In this document: positions 47,966 to 51,039 of the stretch, one piece after another | Numbering within the stretch: position 1 is the stretch's first letter | Layout: each line of letters opens with the position of its first letter | Source: Chiloscyllium plagiosum | Taxonomy: Eukaryota | Length of the DNA stretch: 51,039 nucleotides | Assembly (NCBI RefSeq): GCF_004010195.1 | Contig: NC_057718.1 | Span: 35,540,161 to 35,591,199, forward strand | Direction of reading: 5' to 3' | The notes under the pieces: model-generated | Databases searched by the model: none | Told to the model about the DNA's origin: nothing | Seen by the model: only the letters and a program-made list of their open reading frames with translations | Translations under genes and position numbers: made by a program

Positions 47966-48884
47966 ACATTTTTAAAAAGGCCATTCAGCCCATCATAGCT
48001 ATGCAAGTGTAACTCTATTGGTCCCCCTCCTCTGCCCTTTGACTCCAAGCAAAACAAACCATGCCCACCACTTTCCTATACCATTACAATGTAAGAAGTT
48101 CATGACAACCCATAGACTGTTAAAGTGCTATCTCCTTACACATCATATACCCTCCAATTTTCATCTTACAACTTTCTACCAATTGCACAAAAGGCCCAAA
48201 GATCAAGTCAGATAGAATGGAGCCCTTCCTGACAGCTTCCACTGCCTCATGGTGTTAAGCAAAGGTGTGTTCTTGTACCCACCTTTTTCTCTCTTTTCGA
48301 CAGTGGGATTCAAGTGGCAAAGGTAGAGTTGACATTGGGCAGATACATCTGTTTCTGAACACATCTCAGACTTTCCAACTTGTGACAACTACTGGCCATA
48401 GGCTAAACTGTAGAAGAGTTCATCATGAACATCTGTTGGAGGATGATTGCAAGAAAACAAGAGTACAAGAGATAGGAGCAGGGGTAGGTCATATGGCCTG
48501 TTAAGGGCATTTCACAAATACTTTAAAGTCCAGCTGAAAAGACAGCCCTCTCTCTGATTAACGCTGATTAACACACACGGAAATAGGAGACAGAGACTGA
48601 TGGCACACAACAACCACAAAGCTACTTACTGGTCTGAAACATACAGACATAAACCTGCTGAAGGAAGTACAGGGCACTCAAGAAGTAGACCCACCAAACC
48701 AAATGTTCCACTCCCCCAGTTGCTCAAGGGCCTCCAGATCAAGAATTGGCCAATTCAGTCACCAATAATCATACCACTCCCACTCCCTGTAATAATCTTG
48801 GATACACCTCTCCAGGCAGGTTTCGTGTCAACTCTCAGAACCAACAGCTTATCCAATACCTCCTTCTTATTGATTTTGAACCCT

Positions 48885-50207
48885 TAGAGTCATAGAGTCA
48901 TACAGATGTACAGCATGGAAACAGACCCTTCATTCCAACCTGTCCATGCCGATCAGATATCCCAACCCAATCTCGTCCCACCTGCCAGCATCTGGCCCAT
49001 ATCCCTCCAAACCCTTCCTATTCATATACCCATCCAAATGCCTCTTAAATATTGTAATTGTACCAGCCTCCACCATACACGTACCACCTTGGTAGCTCAT
49101 TCTATACACGTACCATCCTCTGCGTGAAAAAGTTGCCCCTTAGGTCTCTTTTATATCTTTCCCTCTCACCCTAAACCTATGCGCTCCAGTTCAGGACTTC
49201 CCAACCCCAGGGAAAAGACTGTGCCGATTTACGCTATCCATGCCCCTCATAATTTTGTAAACCTCTATAAGGTCACCCCTCAGCCTCCGATGCTCCAGGG
49301 AATACAGCCCCAGCCTGTTCAGCCTCTCCCTATAGCTCAAATCCTCCAACCCTGGCAACATCCTTGTAAATCTTTTCTGAACCCTTTCAAGTTTCACAAC
49401 ATCTTTCCGATAGGAAGGAGACCAGAATTACACGTAATATTCCAACAGTGGCCTAACCAATGTCCTGTACAGTCGCAACATGACCTCCCAACTCCTGTAC
49501 TCAATACTCTGACCAATAAAGGAAAGCATACCAAACGCCTTCTTCACTATCCTATCTACCTGCGACTCCACTTTCAAGGAGCTATGAACCTGCACTTCAA
49601 GGTCTTTTAGTTCAGCAACACTCCCTAGGACCTTACCATTAAGTGTATAAGTCCTGCTAAGATTTGCTTTCCCAAAATGCAGCACCTCTCATTTATCTAA
49701 ATTAAACTCCATCTGCCACTTCTCAGCCCAATGGCCAAACCGGTCAAGATCCTGTTGTAATCTGAGGTAACCCTTTTTGCTGTCCACTACACCTCCAATT
49801 TTGGTGTCATCTGCAAACTTACTAACTGTACCTCTTATGTTCACATCCAAATCATTTAAGTAAATGACAAAAAGTAATGGACCCAGCACCAATCCTTGTG
49901 GCACTCCACTGGTCACAGGCCTCCAGTCTGAAAAACAACCCTCCACCACCACCCTCTGTCTTCTACCTTTGAACTAGTTCTATATTCAAATGGCTAGTTC
50001 TTCCTGTATTCCGTGAGATCTAACCTTGCTAACCAGTCTCCCATGGGGAACCTAGTTGAACGCCTTACTGAAGTCCACATAGATCACATCTACCACTCTG
50101 CTCTCATCAATCCTCTTTGTTACTTCTTCAAAAAACTCAATCAAGTTTGTGAGACATGATTTCCCATGCACAAAGCCATGTTGACTATCTCTAATCAGTC
50201 CTTGCCC
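48885..50207 (-). mobile_element. Young CR1 (HER1-like) LINE
   Basis: GVPQGLVLGPLLFVIYLNDL, FADDTK and LRGDLIEVYKIMRG; (TAGAGTCA)n tail at 48885. Confidence 0.94.
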
Positions 50208-50551
50208 AACCCTTCTAATAATTGAATGTTCTCCCCAGGCCTGAGTAACATTTGCTTCCTTATTAAAGGCAAGTGTAAAATGTTAATTTAATACCACAGT
50301 CTTGCTCCTGCCTCCTTGTGTCAATTTCCTTTGAGGTTTTTAATTGATATGTCTCCTCCTTTAACTGGCCTTTTATAATTTATGTACCTATGGAGGACTT
50401 TGGACTTGTCCTTTATGTTAGATACATGTGTTCACTTATCTCATTTTCTTTTCACATCCTTTCTGAATATTTTATAATTGGCTTGGTTCTCAGTTGTATT
50501 TTCTACCTGACATAAGCACTTTTTCTTTTTATCTTTAATTTTTATCTTATA

Positions 50552-51039
50552 ATAAGATAAGACATAGGAGCGGAAGTAAGGCCATTCGGCCCATCGAGTC
50601 CACTCCACCATTCAATCATGGCTGATGGTCATTTCCACTCCACTTACCTGCATTCTCCCCGTAGCCCTTAATTCCTTGTGACATCAAGAATTTATCAATC
50701 TCTGCCTTGAAGACATTTAGCGTCCCAACCTCCACTGCACTCTGCGGCAATGAATTCCACAGGCCCACCACTCTCTGGCTGAAGAAATGTCTCCGCATTT
50801 CTGTTCTGAATTTACCCCCTCTAATTCTAAGGCTGTGTCCACGGGTCCTAGTCTCCTCGCCTAACGGAAACAATTTCCTAGCGTCCACCCTCTCCAAGCC
50901 ATGTATTATCTTGTAAGTTTCTATTAGATCTCCCCTTAATCTTCTAAACTCCAATGAATACAATCCCAGGATCCTCAGCCGTTCCTCATATGTTAGACCT
51001 ACCATTCCAGAGATCATCCGTGTGAATCGCCGCTGGACA
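50552..51039 (-). mobile_element. CR1 LINE 3' end, uninterrupted ORF2 C-terminus, truncated by the window edge
   Basis: LTYEERLRILGLYSLEFRRLRGDLIETYKI...HFFSQRVVGLWNSLP; ATAAGATAAGACATAGG tail. Confidence 0.92.

Overview
A repeat-rich vertebrate genomic window, very probably from a shark (inferred from HE1-type SINEs, HER1/CR1-type LINEs and Penelope-like elements), with two assembly gaps. There are two protein-coding genes. The first is seven + strand exons of HAAO (3-hydroxyanthranilate 3,4-dioxygenase) at 60-16262, which the ORF track does not show as a gene but which splice together in frame through GT-AG introns; its 5' exons lie upstream of the window. The second is a convergent TMEM229B-like gene with a single coding exon at 34248-34742 (- strand), which may be a retained paralogue rather than the true TMEM229B orthologue. 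The rest is mostly decayed CR1, L2 and RTE LINEs, SINEs, a PIF/Harbinger transposase fossil and Penelope-like elements (PLEs). The most striking non-coding signal is a set of minimal hammerhead-ribozyme motifs (CUGANGA-stem II-GAAA-palindrome-NUH) in at least four PLE terminal-repeat families; two copies look intact (39935-39974 on +, 46662-46696 on -). Several short 70-330 bp insertions made only of this terminal repeat are flanked by target-site duplications and are often internally inverted. One of them has captured an inverted copy of nearby genomic DNA. Boundaries of decayed repeats are approximate, and family and orthology calls rest on recalled motifs, not database searches.
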